Below, one piece after another: positions 18,238 to 27,109 of a stretch of 47,038 nt of DNA. This DNA is from a virus: UHGV virus genome UHGV-0103790. One strand, written 5' to 3'. The first letter of the stretch is position 1. Each line of letters begins with the position of its first letter. The translations under genes and the position numbers were made by a program. The notes beneath the pieces are model-generated. The model saw only the letters and a program-made list of their open reading frames with translations, was not told the origin of the DNA and did no database searches.

Positions 18238-20757
18238 ATGGCACGCAAAAGACTCTCAGCACCAGCAATTGAAAAACTCGAAGAGATTATTGGCGATGGC
18301 GTGATTGATGCGCCTGAATCTGCGGTGTTCGGTGTTGTTAATACAGATAAGCAGATTGTTCGCAAACTAAAAATGACGCAAAGCGGAGTTGATGACGTTA
18401 GCGACTCTGATATTGGCGTTGATCACCTGATACCAGAAAAGCTGGAAAAGCTACTTTACCCCAAGCGTAATAAGATTGTGTTTGGCGGGCGCGGATGCTT
18501 AGCCATCGGCACGATGGTGAGGATGTTTGATGGTAGCCTAAAACGCGTAGAGGATATCGTTGTTGGCGATAAGGTTATGGGTCCAGACAGTAAACCACGA
18601 AATGTTTTAAACATCTGTCGGGGGTTTGATGACATGTATACGGTTCATCAAAAATATGCTGATGACTACACTGTCAACTCAAGTCACATACTGTCATTAC
18701 GAAAGATTCCATCTGCTATCAGTGACGAGACAAAAACACCGGATGGTAAAAGAATTTATCGTTATTACCCGAATGAACCTGTAATACTGAATATTGGTGT
18801 TTCAGAATATTTGTCGCGCGCAACTTCCAAAAAGTTCCGCCATGTCTTTAAAGGGTGGCGAACAGGATGGGATTTTAATGACCAAAGCGTCCCAGTTGAC
18901 CCGTACTTTCTTGGTTTATGGTTAGGTGATGGTTCATCTCGTGGTGTTGAAGTGTGCACGCCTGATCCAGAGATAGTTGACTACATTCACAACGTGGCAA
19001 GCAAATACGGGATGCAGGTAAAGGTTCGCGACGATGATAGATGCCCTGTCTATGCGATAACTAATGGTCGAGCTGCTGGCATGGGGAAGAACACCAACCC
19101 GTTACTAACTAAAATGCAGCAGCTTGGGGTGATTAATAATAAACACATACCTGACTGCTATATCAAAAACAGCAGAGAGGTAAGACTTCAGATTCTGGCT
19201 GGGCTATTGGATACTGATTCGCATTATGACCAGAAAAAGAAAAGCTATTCTTTCACATCAATAAATAAAGAAATGGCCTTCTCTTTGATGGATGTGGCAA
19301 GATCGCTTGGCTTCAAGTCAAGCATAATCAAAAAGACTGATGTCACCTTTGAATATAAAGGTGAGAAAAGAATATACGAAAAGGACGTATGGGAGGTGTT
19401 CGTTAGTGGTGACCTTCATACAATCCCATGCCGAGTAAAAAGGAAGATAGCAGAGAAAACCAAGTCAACCCGTGGAAAGATGACTGAGGTGTCATTGTCT
19501 TATGTCGGGCATGGTGAATACGCTGGGTTCACTATTGATGGCGATCATCTTTTCCTGCTTGCTGATGGCACGGTTACACACAACAGCGGAAAAACAAGGA
19601 CAGTAACAACAATACTTACGGAGCGTGCACGCTTTAAGCCTGACAGGATAGCTTGTTTTCGTGAGATTCAGCAGTCTATTGAGGATAGTTCATATCAGGA
19701 GCTGAAAGACGAGATTGACAGGAAGGGCGAGACAAAAGAGTTTCGCGTCATCAACAACGAAATAACACACAAGGTAACGAAAGCAAAGTTCCGCTTTAAA
19801 GGCCTGTATCGCAACCAGACGACCGTAAAAGGCTTCGCTGGCATTACAGTAGCTTGGGTCGAGGAGGCGGAAAACGTCAGCCAGACAAGCTGGGAAATCC
19901 TCACCCCAACAGTCCGCGCTGAAGGGTCAGAGATATGGGTGACTTTCAACCCAAATAAAGAGCATGACCCGACGTGGAAAATATGGGTTGAGCCTTTTTA
20001 TAATAAATTGCGCGAAAATGGCGGCATCTATGAGGATGATGAAAACCTGATTATGGAGTGTAATTACTCAGACAATCCGTGGTTCTGGGATACTCCGCTC
20101 CCAAGCCAAATGCAACGCATGAAAGAGACCGACTTCGACCGCTATCAATGGGTGTGGGGTGGGCGCTTTAATAAGCGTAATGATGAGCAGGTATTTGGCG
20201 GTAAGTGGCGCGTTGCTGATTTCGAGGTTAAGCCGGAATGGCATGGGCCTTACTTTGGCATCGACTTTGGATTCTCGCAGGACGCAACGGCGATGGTTGA
20301 GGTTTACATTGAGAAACTTCCTGATGACCGCCGCAACCTTTACGTCGCGCGCGAATACGGCCGTGTAGGCCTTGAGATTACCGACACACCTACAGCGATG
20401 GAGCAATCATTCCCACTCTCCAGGAAGGCAAGATGGTATGGGGACTGCTCTCGGCCAGAAACAATCAGTCACATCAAACGCGCAGGATTTGATATCCATC
20501 CATGCAATAAGTGGCCCGGGAGCGTGGAGGATGGTGTAACCTGGCTCAGGGGTTGCGACAGCATCATCATTCATGACCGCTGCACACAGACTCAGGAAGA
20601 GTTCACTATGTACAGTTACAAGGTGGACAAGTTGACGGGTAACGTGCTCACAAATATTGTGGATGCGTGGAACCACTTCATTGACGCAATCAGATATGCA
20701 TGCAACGATCACATCGTACAGCGTGGCTCTGGATGGATTAGAAGGAGCAGGAGATAA
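18238..20757 (+). CDS. terminase large subunit, intein-containing precursor
   Basis: Walker A split as ...FGGRG | intein | SGKTRTV. C-terminal nuclease-like region. ATG at 18238 with RBS GAGGA. Confidence 0.8.
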   Translation: MARKRLSAPAIEKLEEIIGDGVIDAPESAVFGVVNTDKQIVRKLKMTQSGVDDVSDSDIGVDHLIPEKLEKLLYPKRNKIVFGGRGCLAIGTMVRMFDGSLKRVEDIVVGDKVMGPDSKPRNVLNICRGFDDMYTVHQKYADDYTVNSSHILSLRKIPSAISDETKTPDGKRIYRYYPNEPVILNIGVSEYLSRATSKKFRHVFKGWRTGWDFNDQSVPVDPYFLGLWLGDGSSRGVEVCTPDPEIVDYIHNVASKYGMQVKVRDDDRCPVYAITNGRAAGMGKNTNPLLTKMQQLGVINNKHIPDCYIKNSREVRLQILAGLLDTDSHYDQKKKSYSFTSINKEMAFSLMDVARSLGFKSSIIKKTDVTFEYKGEKRIYEKDVWEVFVSGDLHTIPCRVKRKIAEKTKSTRGKMTEVSLSYVGHGEYAGFTIDGDHLFLLADGTVTHNSGKTRTVTTILTERARFKPDRIACFREIQQSIEDSSYQELKDEIDRKGETKEFRVINNEITHKVTKAKFRFKGLYRNQTTVKGFAGITVAWVEEAENVSQTSWEILTPTVRAEGSEIWVTFNPNKEHDPTWKIWVEPFYNKLRENGGIYEDDENLIMECNYSDNPWFWDTPLPSQMQRMKETDFDRYQWVWGGRFNKRNDEQVFGGKWRVADFEVKPEWHGPYFGIDFGFSQDATAMVEVYIEKLPDDRRNLYVAREYGRVGLEITDTPTAMEQSFPLSRKARWYGDCSRPETISHIKRAGFDIHPCNKWPGSVEDGVTWLRGCDSIIIHDRCTQTQEEFTMYSYKVDKLTGNVLTNIVDAWNHFIDAIRYACNDHIVQRGSGWIRRSRR
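18496..19584 (+). mobile_element. intein (363 aa) with LAGLIDADG homing endonuclease domain inside the terminase P-loop
   Basis: Begins with Cys (CLAIGT) and ends with THN followed by Ser. Two LAGLIDADG-type motifs, LGLWLGDGS and LAGLLDTDS. Removal restores GGRGSGKT. Confidence 0.8.
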
Positions 20758-20761
20758 GAAA

Positions 20762-20790
20762 AAGCCCCGTTGCCGGGGCGGTTTGGTTAC
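20762..20790. terminator. terminator between convergent genes
   Basis: GCCCCG-ttgc-CGGGGC hairpin with a weak T tract (GGTTTGG). Confidence 0.45.
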
Positions 20791-21059
20791 TTGATATTTT
20801 CCCAGTGATTTATTGCGTCACTCTTGTTTTGGTAGCTTTTCACCATGCGCCAGGTTTTTACCATCTTCCCGCGCGAATAGTTTTCGCAAAGCACGTATAC
20901 CTTATAAGTGTCTGCAACAACTTTTTCAGTGCATTCAGCAGCAACATCGTTAGGGATGCCATCTGGTTTGCGAAAGAACTCAACGTGGTGATGAGCAACA
21001 GCATATTTCTTTCCGTTTTTTGCTGTTTTCGCTTTACTAATCCAGTTTTCAATATTCAT
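20787..21059 (-). CDS. hypothetical protein
   Basis: ATG at 21059 with RBS GAGGT (MNIENWISK...). The listed longer ORF has an upstream alternative start. Confidence 0.45.
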   Translation of the reverse strand: MNIENWISKAKTAKNGKKYAVAHHHVEFFRKPDGIPNDVAAECTEKVVADTYKVYVLCENYSRGKMVKTWRMVKSYQNKSDAINHWENIK

Positions 21060-21149
21060 CGATTTAACCTCACTCACCGGCGGCGCCATTGCCACCTCAA
21101 TGACTTCAATCTACACCAACCACAAATCCACGTCAATATTTATAATAAA

Positions 21150-21439
21150 TTATTTGTAAAGCCAGCAATGAATTCCCACATTGCGCATGGCCGCATAAAT
21201 AACATCATCAGACACGACAGCCATTGCCACCCTGTCAGCGTCAATCTGCTGATGGGATGTCATGATGTCATCATAAAAACATCGTTAGCATGCAGCCACT
21301 CATACGCATGCTTTGCCCTCATAATTAGCACATCGTGACCGGCAGAGTAGAGCGACTTAGCCAGCGCAACGTTGCCAGCAATGGCATTACCCTCAGCATC
21401 GCGCAGCACGCCATCAAGCTCGAAAATGACACATTTCAT
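21150..21439 (-). pseudogene. HAD-like (deoxyribonucleotidase-like N-terminus) gene split by an 8-bp tandem duplication
   Basis: MKCVIFELDGVLRD resembles HAD motif I. An exact ATGACATC ATGACATC tandem repeat at the junction changes frame between the 59-aa (21260-21439) and 37-aa (21150-21263) pieces. Removing one copy fuses them. Confidence 0.35.
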
Positions 21440-21465
21440 AAGATTTCTCCGAGAGGTTTCATTTT

Positions 21466-21494
21466 AATCTACGCCATGCTAGAATCTACGTCAA
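21466..21494. promoter_or_regulatory. divergent promoter region carrying two conserved-motif copies
   Basis: Minus strand: TTGACG (reverse complement of 21489-21494), 17-bp spacer, TAGATT. Plus strand: extended -10 TGCTAGAAT (21477-21485). Motifs AATCTACGCCATG and AATCTACGTCAA. Confidence 0.5.
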
Positions 21495-21528
21495 GGCGCA
21501 TTGACATAACTACATCACCAGGGGCATC

Positions 21529-21768
21529 ATGAAGGCATACTCATCTTTTTCGTGGGAGCAGAAGGAAAAAATATACTCACTCGCAAGAGCTGGTGTGTCG
21601 GATGAGGCACTGTGCGAAAGGTACGATGTGGATGAGGCTATTCTCCTGCGCATGTATGATGAAGTGCTGTGTGAGTTGCAGCGGCGTCGTGGTTATAGTG
21701 GCCTGAAGACGATTAATGATTTCTTTCGGAATGTTGAGCTAAATAACGATGATGGTGGTGATTTATGA
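21529..21768 (+). CDS. hypothetical protein
   Basis: 79-aa ORF, first of five translationally coupled small genes. Confidence 0.45.
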   Translation: MKAYSSFSWEQKEKIYSLARAGVSDEALCERYDVDEAILLRMYDEVLCELQRRRGYSGLKTINDFFRNVELNNDDGGDL

Positions 21769-21959
21769 TTATTGAAGAAACAGAAAACGCATATGACATG
21801 CACGTAACTGAGCAAGAGCTTGAGGATGGAACTCCTGTCGTGGAGTTGTATCAAGTGAATGGCTACGGTGTTGAGTCATTTATTGGCATCGACAAACACC
21901 AGGCCGCGCAGCTTATCGAAGTCCTGCAACGCTGGGTTTATGGCGAGGAGATTGAGTGA
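21765..21959 (+). CDS. hypothetical acidic protein
   Basis: ATGA overlap coupling. Confidence 0.45.
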   Translation: MIIEETENAYDMHVTEQELEDGTPVVELYQVNGYGVESFIGIDKHQAAQLIEVLQRWVYGEEIE

Positions 21960-22177
21960 TGAAAGCTGTCAAAACAATCCTGTTCTGCATCATCAATCCG
22001 CACCTGATTGTGATGCTGGTATTCGCTGCCATGCTTCTTGGAGCAAGGAAGTCACTTTATTATCTTTCCGACAAGCTGAATGATGCTGCACGTTACATTC
22101 AGAGTGTTGACTATAAACTCGCTGCGAAGTCGCAGCCAGCATGGTTCAGATCGCTGGTTGATGATGAGGCGAAGTGA
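21956..22177 (+). CDS. small membrane protein
   Basis: N-terminal transmembrane helix ILFCIINPHLIVMLVFAAMLLGA; ATGA coupling. Confidence 0.45.
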   Translation: MMKAVKTILFCIINPHLIVMLVFAAMLLGARKSLYYLSDKLNDAARYIQSVDYKLAAKSQPAWFRSLVDDEAK

Positions 22178-22359
22178 TGTCGTATTTCTTCCTGATATTC
22201 GTAATCACAAGCAACACGACCAATATGCAGGTGGTGCCGATGCAAAGCATGGAGCAGTGCAGGGCGGCCATTACGGCAATGAAAATCGCTGAGGAAAAGC
22301 GGACGTGGAATGATGTAAGTCCAAATGTTGACAATTTGCAATGCGTTGAGGTGAAGTGA
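22174..22359 (+). CDS. small membrane protein
   Basis: N-terminal hydrophobic segment MMSYFFLIFVITS; ATGA coupling. Confidence 0.4.
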   Translation: MMSYFFLIFVITSNTTNMQVVPMQSMEQCRAAITAMKIAEEKRTWNDVSPNVDNLQCVEVK

Positions 22360-22556
22360 TGACAAGAAAACAGATTCATGATGTTGCGGTTGGTTGCAGG
22401 AAGTGGATTGAGGAGATATGGTTTAAGCCTGGATTCAGTGGAAAGCGTTATAAATTGTACGCCAAATGTCGCGGTTTGGTTCTTGGGGATAGAATAGAGC
22501 TTGCTGTATTCCATAACAATGACCAGGCCCTTCAAGAGAGAGCCTTTGGTGACTGA
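22356..22556 (+). CDS. hypothetical protein
   Basis: 66-aa ORF, ATGA coupling, followed by a terminator. Confidence 0.45.
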   Translation: MMTRKQIHDVAVGCRKWIEEIWFKPGFSGKRYKLYAKCRGLVLGDRIELAVFHNNDQALQERAFGD

Positions 22557-22566
22557 TACCATGCTA

Positions 22567-22597
22567 TAATCCCATCCATGCGATGGGATTTTTTATG
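22567..22597 (+). terminator. rho-independent terminator
   Basis: ATCCCATC-catg-cGATGGGAT hairpin followed by TTTTTTAT. Confidence 0.65.
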
Positions 22598-22605
22598 GTG
22601 ACGAA

Positions 22606-24054
22606 ATGTCAAAGTTAGAGGCGGTAAACGCCTATATTCAGCAGCGAGTGGCGAACAATAACAGGCTCATCGAGCGGCAGCGTCGGGAGTTTAGCGGTGT
22701 AAACATAGACCAAAAGCACACCAGACTGTATGTCGAATGTGGCTACCCTGAAGAAATCACCGCCGAGATGTTCCGCTATGCCTATGAGCGCTATGCACCG
22801 GCAACCGCTGGCGTCAATCGCGTACTCGATAAGTGCTGGCAGACTCCGCCGCAAATCCTCGAAGAAGGCGCCGATGACAAAGCAAGCACCCCATGGGAGA
22901 AAGCAGCCAACAAGCTGTTTAAGCGCGCTGCGCCGTTCATCAAGGATGCAGACCGCCGCAACCTCATCAACCGCTACTCCGGCCTTATCCTGCAAATCCG
23001 TGATGGAAGGCAGTGGAATGAGCCGGTAGACACCACGAAAACAAAACGCATCAAGGATGCTGCCATTGTCCGCTACATTCCGGCGTGGGAAGAGCAGCTC
23101 CGCGTCAGTGAATGGGAAAATGACGAATCCAGCGAAGACTATGGTCAGCCGAAGATGTACGAATATCAGGAGTCGGTAGTCGGCGCCTGCAACAGCGACG
23201 GAAAACCAACGCGCTCCCTGAGCATTCATCCCGATCGCATTATCGTATTTGCCGAGGGTGCGATGGATGGCTCCATTTACTCTGGCGTCCCACTTCTTCG
23301 TGCTGGGTATAACCACCTCATCGACATGGCGAAAGTCACCGGCTCAAGCGCTGAGGGATTCCTGAAGAATGCCAGTCGGCAGCTCAACGTTAATTATAAT
23401 AAAGACAGCGTTTCCGCTCAGTCTCTGGCTCAGCAAATGGGCGTGCCGCTGGAAGAACTGGCTGATGTGCTCAATGAGGATGTAGCGCGTCTGAATGAGG
23501 CAATTGACGCGGCGATGTTCACGATGGGCGCTGATGTCAAAGTGCTCTCGGTGACGCCAGCAGACCCAGGGCCAACATGGACAATTGCGGCCAACCAGTT
23601 TGCGGCATCCATCAAGAAGCCATTCACCATCCTGTTTGGTCAGCAGACTGGCCGCCTTGCATCCGATGAGGATAAAACCGACGACGCCATGAGCGCCAAA
23701 CAGCGCCGCGAGGACTGGCTGGACTACATCATTTCGGTGTTCATCGACCGGATGATTTCCTTTGGCATTCTGGATAAAGCGCCAGAGAGCGGTTATTACT
23801 GCAAATGGGATGACCTGCTTGCACCTTCCGAGCTGAACAAAGCAGACCTGCTGGTCAAGCTTGCCACTGCAAACAAATCTGTATTCGATGCAGGACAGAT
23901 GGCCCTGATGACCGCTGATGAGATGCGTGGCATTGTTGGTATGGAGCCTCTGGAAGAGCAGCTTCCTGAAGGATTGCAGGAAGGTCAGCAGCAGGACCAG
24001 CAATCGCAGCAGGACCAACAGCAGGGCCAAACCGATGCGCCTCCTCAAAATTAA
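22606..24054 (+). CDS. portal protein
   Basis: 482 aa, downstream of the terminase with head genes following. Gln-rich acidic C-terminal tail. Confidence 0.7.
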   Translation: MSKLEAVNAYIQQRVANNNRLIERQRREFSGVNIDQKHTRLYVECGYPEEITAEMFRYAYERYAPATAGVNRVLDKCWQTPPQILEEGADDKASTPWEKAANKLFKRAAPFIKDADRRNLINRYSGLILQIRDGRQWNEPVDTTKTKRIKDAAIVRYIPAWEEQLRVSEWENDESSEDYGQPKMYEYQESVVGACNSDGKPTRSLSIHPDRIIVFAEGAMDGSIYSGVPLLRAGYNHLIDMAKVTGSSAEGFLKNASRQLNVNYNKDSVSAQSLAQQMGVPLEELADVLNEDVARLNEAIDAAMFTMGADVKVLSVTPADPGPTWTIAANQFAASIKKPFTILFGQQTGRLASDEDKTDDAMSAKQRREDWLDYIISVFIDRMISFGILDKAPESGYYCKWDDLLAPSELNKADLLVKLATANKSVFDAGQMALMTADEMRGIVGMEPLEEQLPEGLQEGQQQDQQSQQDQQQGQTDAPPQN

Positions 24055-24979
24055 TGCCCGGCTTCCGCAGCCAAAATTAAGCATGAGCCTGACAGACCCA
24101 CTCGGTGCAGTGGGTCGCGTCAATAAGATGGTGCGCGATGTTGACGCCAGGTATGTGACGCTAAAATCCCAGGTTGCCGAACTGTTCCGCGCCATTCCTG
24201 TGGCGACTGGTAACGCAGAGGCTGGAAATTATTATTATGATTTCTCTGCCTACCGTGCGTCGACATTCTTTGATGAACTTCAGCGCATTCTTGATAGTCA
24301 GCTGCTGGAGGCCGATGATTTCACGCATGGCAGGATGTGGGCATCATCCTATGTCAGCGACGCCATGTATGCTGGTACGCAGAAGGCAAACTCAGACCTG
24401 AGTGACCTGTCGTCGGCATACAAAGACAGCAGGCCGCTTGCTGAAATCCTGTACTCTCAGCCGTATCTCGACAGGCTTCAACTTGCGTACACGCGCACGT
24501 ATAACGACTGGGGTGGCCTCTCTGATTACACGCGGCAACAGGTGGCAGAGGTCATCACTGCTGGCATTGCAAATGGCGATGCTCCGGGAGTGGTTGAGCA
24601 AAACATCGTTAACCGCATGGATGTGTCAAGGAGCTATGCGCGGTCAATTGCTCAGACTGAAATCACCAACACCCTGCGCGAGGCTAACAGGCGCGAAGTG
24701 AAAGAGGCGCAGGTAGCGCTGGGTATGGATACCATCATGCTCTGGCAGTCGGCGTTGATGAAGACCACCCGCGTTACTCATGCCGCGCGTCATGGGAAAT
24801 ATTACACCCCGGAAGAGATTGATGAGTTCTACAGCGAAGGCGCAAACCGCCGTAACTGCCACTGTGCTCAGATACCTGCATTAGTGATGGATGGCAAGCC
24901 GGTGATACTTGAGAGGACGCAGGAAAAGCTCGATAAGCAGCGTGAGGCGTGGCAGGATACACACAAGAAAGCCGCCTGA
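24035..24979 (+). CDS. head morphogenesis protein (Mu gpF / SPP1 gp7-like)
   Basis: Follows the portal gene. Length and position are typical. The start is uncertain (ATG at 24035 or 24083). Confidence 0.55.
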   Translation: MRLLKINARLPQPKLSMSLTDPLGAVGRVNKMVRDVDARYVTLKSQVAELFRAIPVATGNAEAGNYYYDFSAYRASTFFDELQRILDSQLLEADDFTHGRMWASSYVSDAMYAGTQKANSDLSDLSSAYKDSRPLAEILYSQPYLDRLQLAYTRTYNDWGGLSDYTRQQVAEVITAGIANGDAPGVVEQNIVNRMDVSRSYARSIAQTEITNTLREANRREVKEAQVALGMDTIMLWQSALMKTTRVTHAARHGKYYTPEEIDEFYSEGANRRNCHCAQIPALVMDGKPVILERTQEKLDKQREAWQDTHKKAA

Positions 24980-25031
24980 TGGCGGCCTCTGTCAAATATT
25001 ACTTTTCTTGTTGTGAAGGGTGCGCATAGAC

Positions 25032-25172
25032 TCAAGCCATTCTATTTTGTTCATTTAAATAAACCTCTCTAAGTTCACCCATCACGCTCAGCCATGCTGC
25101 ATGCTCATCCATGCCGCGCATCACCAGCTTAACGTAGCGATTACGGGCCTTAAACATCAGTAGCGGGCACAT
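25032..25172 (-). CDS. small hypothetical protein (46 aa)
   Basis: TAATG overlap with the upstream periplasmic-protein gene. Confidence 0.3.
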   Translation of the reverse strand: MCPLLMFKARNRYVKLVMRGMDEHAAWLSVMGELREVYLNEQNRMA

Positions 25173-25462
25173 TATTTGTCGCCCACCGTTGACAGGCAGA
25201 CTTCACGGGCGACAGCGGCCACTTCTTTCGGTGTCTTGTCTGTCATTTTGTATGCCCCATCTACGATAGCCTTGCTGAGTTGGTTAAATTCAGCGCTATA
25301 CTGGCCTCCAGAAGAAACCATCAGCGCGAGCTGCTTTGATGCGCCAGCATCACGGGCTTCTGCTGCCGCTTCACCGAGCTCACCAACTGCATTGCAAAAC
25401 TCGCCAGCCGACGCACCAAATGAAGCCATTGCGAATACTGCTGCTGCGATTAATTTTTTCAT
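25172..25462 (-). CDS. secreted periplasmic small protein
   Basis: Cleavable signal peptide MKKLIAAAVFAMASFGASA. RBS AGGAGA. Driven by a conserved-motif promoter. Confidence 0.6.
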   Translation of the reverse strand: MKKLIAAAVFAMASFGASAGEFCNAVGELGEAAAEARDAGASKQLALMVSSGGQYSAEFNQLSKAIVDGAYKMTDKTPKEVAAVAREVCLSTVGDK

Positions 25463-25488
25463 TTTTTACTCTCCTGTGTTTGTGTATC

Positions 25489-25538
25489 TACATCATCGCT
25501 TACGATTCAATCTACGTCAAGACTATTGTGATAAAATA
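25489..25538. promoter_or_regulatory. divergent promoter region with conserved motif CAATCTACGTCAAGACTATTGTGATAAAAT
   Basis: Minus strand: TTGACG, 17-bp spacer, GATGAT. Plus strand: TGTGATAAAAT extended -10-like element upstream of the endolysin gene. The 30-nt block is nearly identical to one at 37075-37104. Confidence 0.5.
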
Positions 25539-25560
25539 ATCTGCATCACCGGAGGTAAAA

Positions 25561-26010
25561 ATGAAACTATCGCAGCGTGGCATTGATTTAATTAAACAAT
25601 TCGAGGGTTACAGCTCGAAGGCATATCCAGACCCAGCCACTGGCGGAGCGCCGTGGACTATCGGTTACGGCACTACCGTCTATCCATCTGGAGAAAAGGT
25701 TGCAAAAGGCGACACGGTAACTCCAAATCATGCTGAATATTGTCTTCGCAATGACGTAGCAAAGTTTGAAAGCGGCGTCTCATCACTCGTCACTGCCCCA
25801 ACCACTCAGGGCCAGTTTGATGCAATGGTGTCGCTGGCCTACAACATTGGCCTTGGTAACTTTGGTAAATCAACTCTGCTGAAAAAGCATAATGCCCGCT
25901 GCTACACCTGCGCCGCCGACCAGTTCCGGGTATGGAATCGCGCCAATGGCAAAGTCATGAACGGACTGACCAAGCGCAGGGCGGCAGAACGTCAGGTCTA
26001 CATGTCATGA
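25561..26010 (+). CDS. endolysin, GH24 phage lysozyme
   Basis: LIKQFEGYSSKAYPDPATGGAPWTIGYGTT lysozyme signature with a catalytic Glu in the EGY motif. Confidence 0.8.
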   Translation: MKLSQRGIDLIKQFEGYSSKAYPDPATGGAPWTIGYGTTVYPSGEKVAKGDTVTPNHAEYCLRNDVAKFESGVSSLVTAPTTQGQFDAMVSLAYNIGLGNFGKSTLLKKHNARCYTCAADQFRVWNRANGKVMNGLTKRRAAERQVYMS

Positions 26011-26240
26011 AGCGCATCAGTAACTGGCTTATCGGCATTTGGGCATCATTCTGCTCGCTGATTCAGCTCTGGCCTGACGCCATGGTTCATGTGTGGGCTT
26101 TCATGCCTGAAGACCTCAGGTCTGCCATTCCGCCGATTGCGGTAAAGGCGATCAGCTACAGCATCCTTCTTGCCTCGCTGTTTGGAAAAATGCACGGCAT
26201 GAAGAAAGAGATTAAGGCGCTGAAAAATGACCAGAATTAA
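26007..26240 (+). CDS. holin (two transmembrane helices)
   Basis: ATGA overlap with the endolysin gene. Transmembrane segments WLIGIWASFCSLIQLW and AIPPIAVKAISYSILLASLFG. Confidence 0.55.
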   Translation: MKRISNWLIGIWASFCSLIQLWPDAMVHVWAFMPEDLRSAIPPIAVKAISYSILLASLFGKMHGMKKEIKALKNDQN

Positions 26241-26607
26241 GTTAATTCTAATCGCCATAGGCGTCGCGGTAATCATTGCTGCATCTGGTTATGGCGCTGG
26301 ATACATGAAGGGATGGTATGCGCACAGCGAAAAAGTTAATCGTGACGCAGAAAAGCGCAGGCAGGAGGTGCAAAGCAAGCAGGCTAAGTCCACGGAGCAA
26401 TCTCAGCAGGTGCGCGTTGTGACTGAAACCAAATACAAAACCATTTACCGCAACGTGGTGAAATATGTCTCCGACCCGAATCGTAATGTGTGTGTTTTTG
26501 ATGACAACTATCAGCGGTTGCGCCAACAATCACTCGACGCCGACGCCTCCGTCAGCAGAGATGCTAGGTCAGGCGTGCGAATTATCGAAAGTGGCGCCAA
26601 AAAATAG
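26227..26607 (+). CDS. i-spanin (Rz-like)
   Basis: N-terminal transmembrane helix, then a charged coiled-coil periplasmic domain. Confidence 0.65.
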   Translation: MTRIKLILIAIGVAVIIAASGYGAGYMKGWYAHSEKVNRDAEKRRQEVQSKQAKSTEQSQQVRVVTETKYKTIYRNVVKYVSDPNRNVCVFDDNYQRLRQQSLDADASVSRDARSGVRIIESGAKK

Positions 26608-26710
26608 CGACGAAAGTATCGTTATGGAGAACCAGAACACGGAGTGCGCCACAAAAAGAAAGATGACGATTTACGACTGGCAGGATTGGTATCGCGATAA
26701 CTTCCAATAA
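26465..26710 (+). CDS. o-spanin (Rz1-like lipoprotein), overlapped architecture
   Basis: Lies in the +1 frame inside the i-spanin gene and extends beyond it. Lipobox LMTTISG-C. Pro-rich mature region. Confidence 0.6.
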   Translation: MSPTRIVMCVFLMTTISGCANNHSTPTPPSAEMLGQACELSKVAPKNSDESIVMENQNTECATKRKMTIYDWQDWYRDNFQ

Positions 26711-26738
26711 AAAAGCCCCGTAAGGGGCTTTGTTTTAG
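26709..26738 (+). terminator. rho-independent terminator after the lysis cassette
   Basis: GCCCC-gtaa-GGGGC hairpin followed by TTTGTTTT. Confidence 0.65.
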
Positions 26739-26759
26739 AAAATGCCAAGGTCAATCTCA

Positions 26760-26885
26760 CGCATAAAGCGCCTCCATTTTGTACCCAAACATGGTCGCAT
26801 TCTGATGCTCAACACTACCAGCAAACGCCAGATAGCGGCGACCACGGTTGCTGGTGATGATGTAGGCTGCTGGCTCTCGCTTCAT
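26760..26885 (-). CDS. small hypothetical protein (41 aa)
   Basis: ATGA coupling to the upstream gene on the minus strand. Confidence 0.3.
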
Positions 26886-27109
26886 AGCTTCACCATCGAC
26901 GCTTTGCTGACACTTTTGTTGATGTGCTGGATGCACTTGATAATCACCCCAACCTCATCATGAGTAAACAGGCTGCAATCATATGCAGCATTGACCTTGT
27001 CTCCAGTCACTTCAATAGTCAGGTGCTTGCCTTTGAATCGTGCGGCAAACCCATTACACTCAAAGTGCCCTGATTCTTGTGCTTCGGTGCTTTTGCATTG
27101 TGCCATCAC
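26882..27109 (-). CDS. hypothetical protein
   Basis: 75-aa ORF coupled to neighbouring genes. Confidence 0.45.
   Translation of the reverse strand: MMAQCKSTEAQESGHFECNGFAARFKGKHLTIEVTGDKVNAAYDCSLFTHDEVGVIIKCIQHINKSVSKASMVKL

Noticed and set aside
22615-23316. 233-aa minus-strand ORF
   Set aside because: It lies entirely antisense to the portal gene. This is a long antisense frame with no independent signals.
23960-24050. Gln-rich repetitive tail of the portal protein ([15 protein letters not shown]) as a possible DNA repeat element
   Set aside because: It is an in-frame low-complexity C-terminal tail of the portal protein, not a nucleotide repeat array.
23344-24195. 283-aa minus-strand ORF across the portal / head morphogenesis junction
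   Set aside because: It is antisense to two coupled plus-strand genes and lacks an RBS.
24971-24990. GCCGCC-tgat-GGCGGC hairpin at the end of the head morphogenesis gene as a terminator
   Set aside because: The stem spans the stop codon and is not followed by a convincing T tract on the plus strand. A weak leftward function is possible but unsupported.
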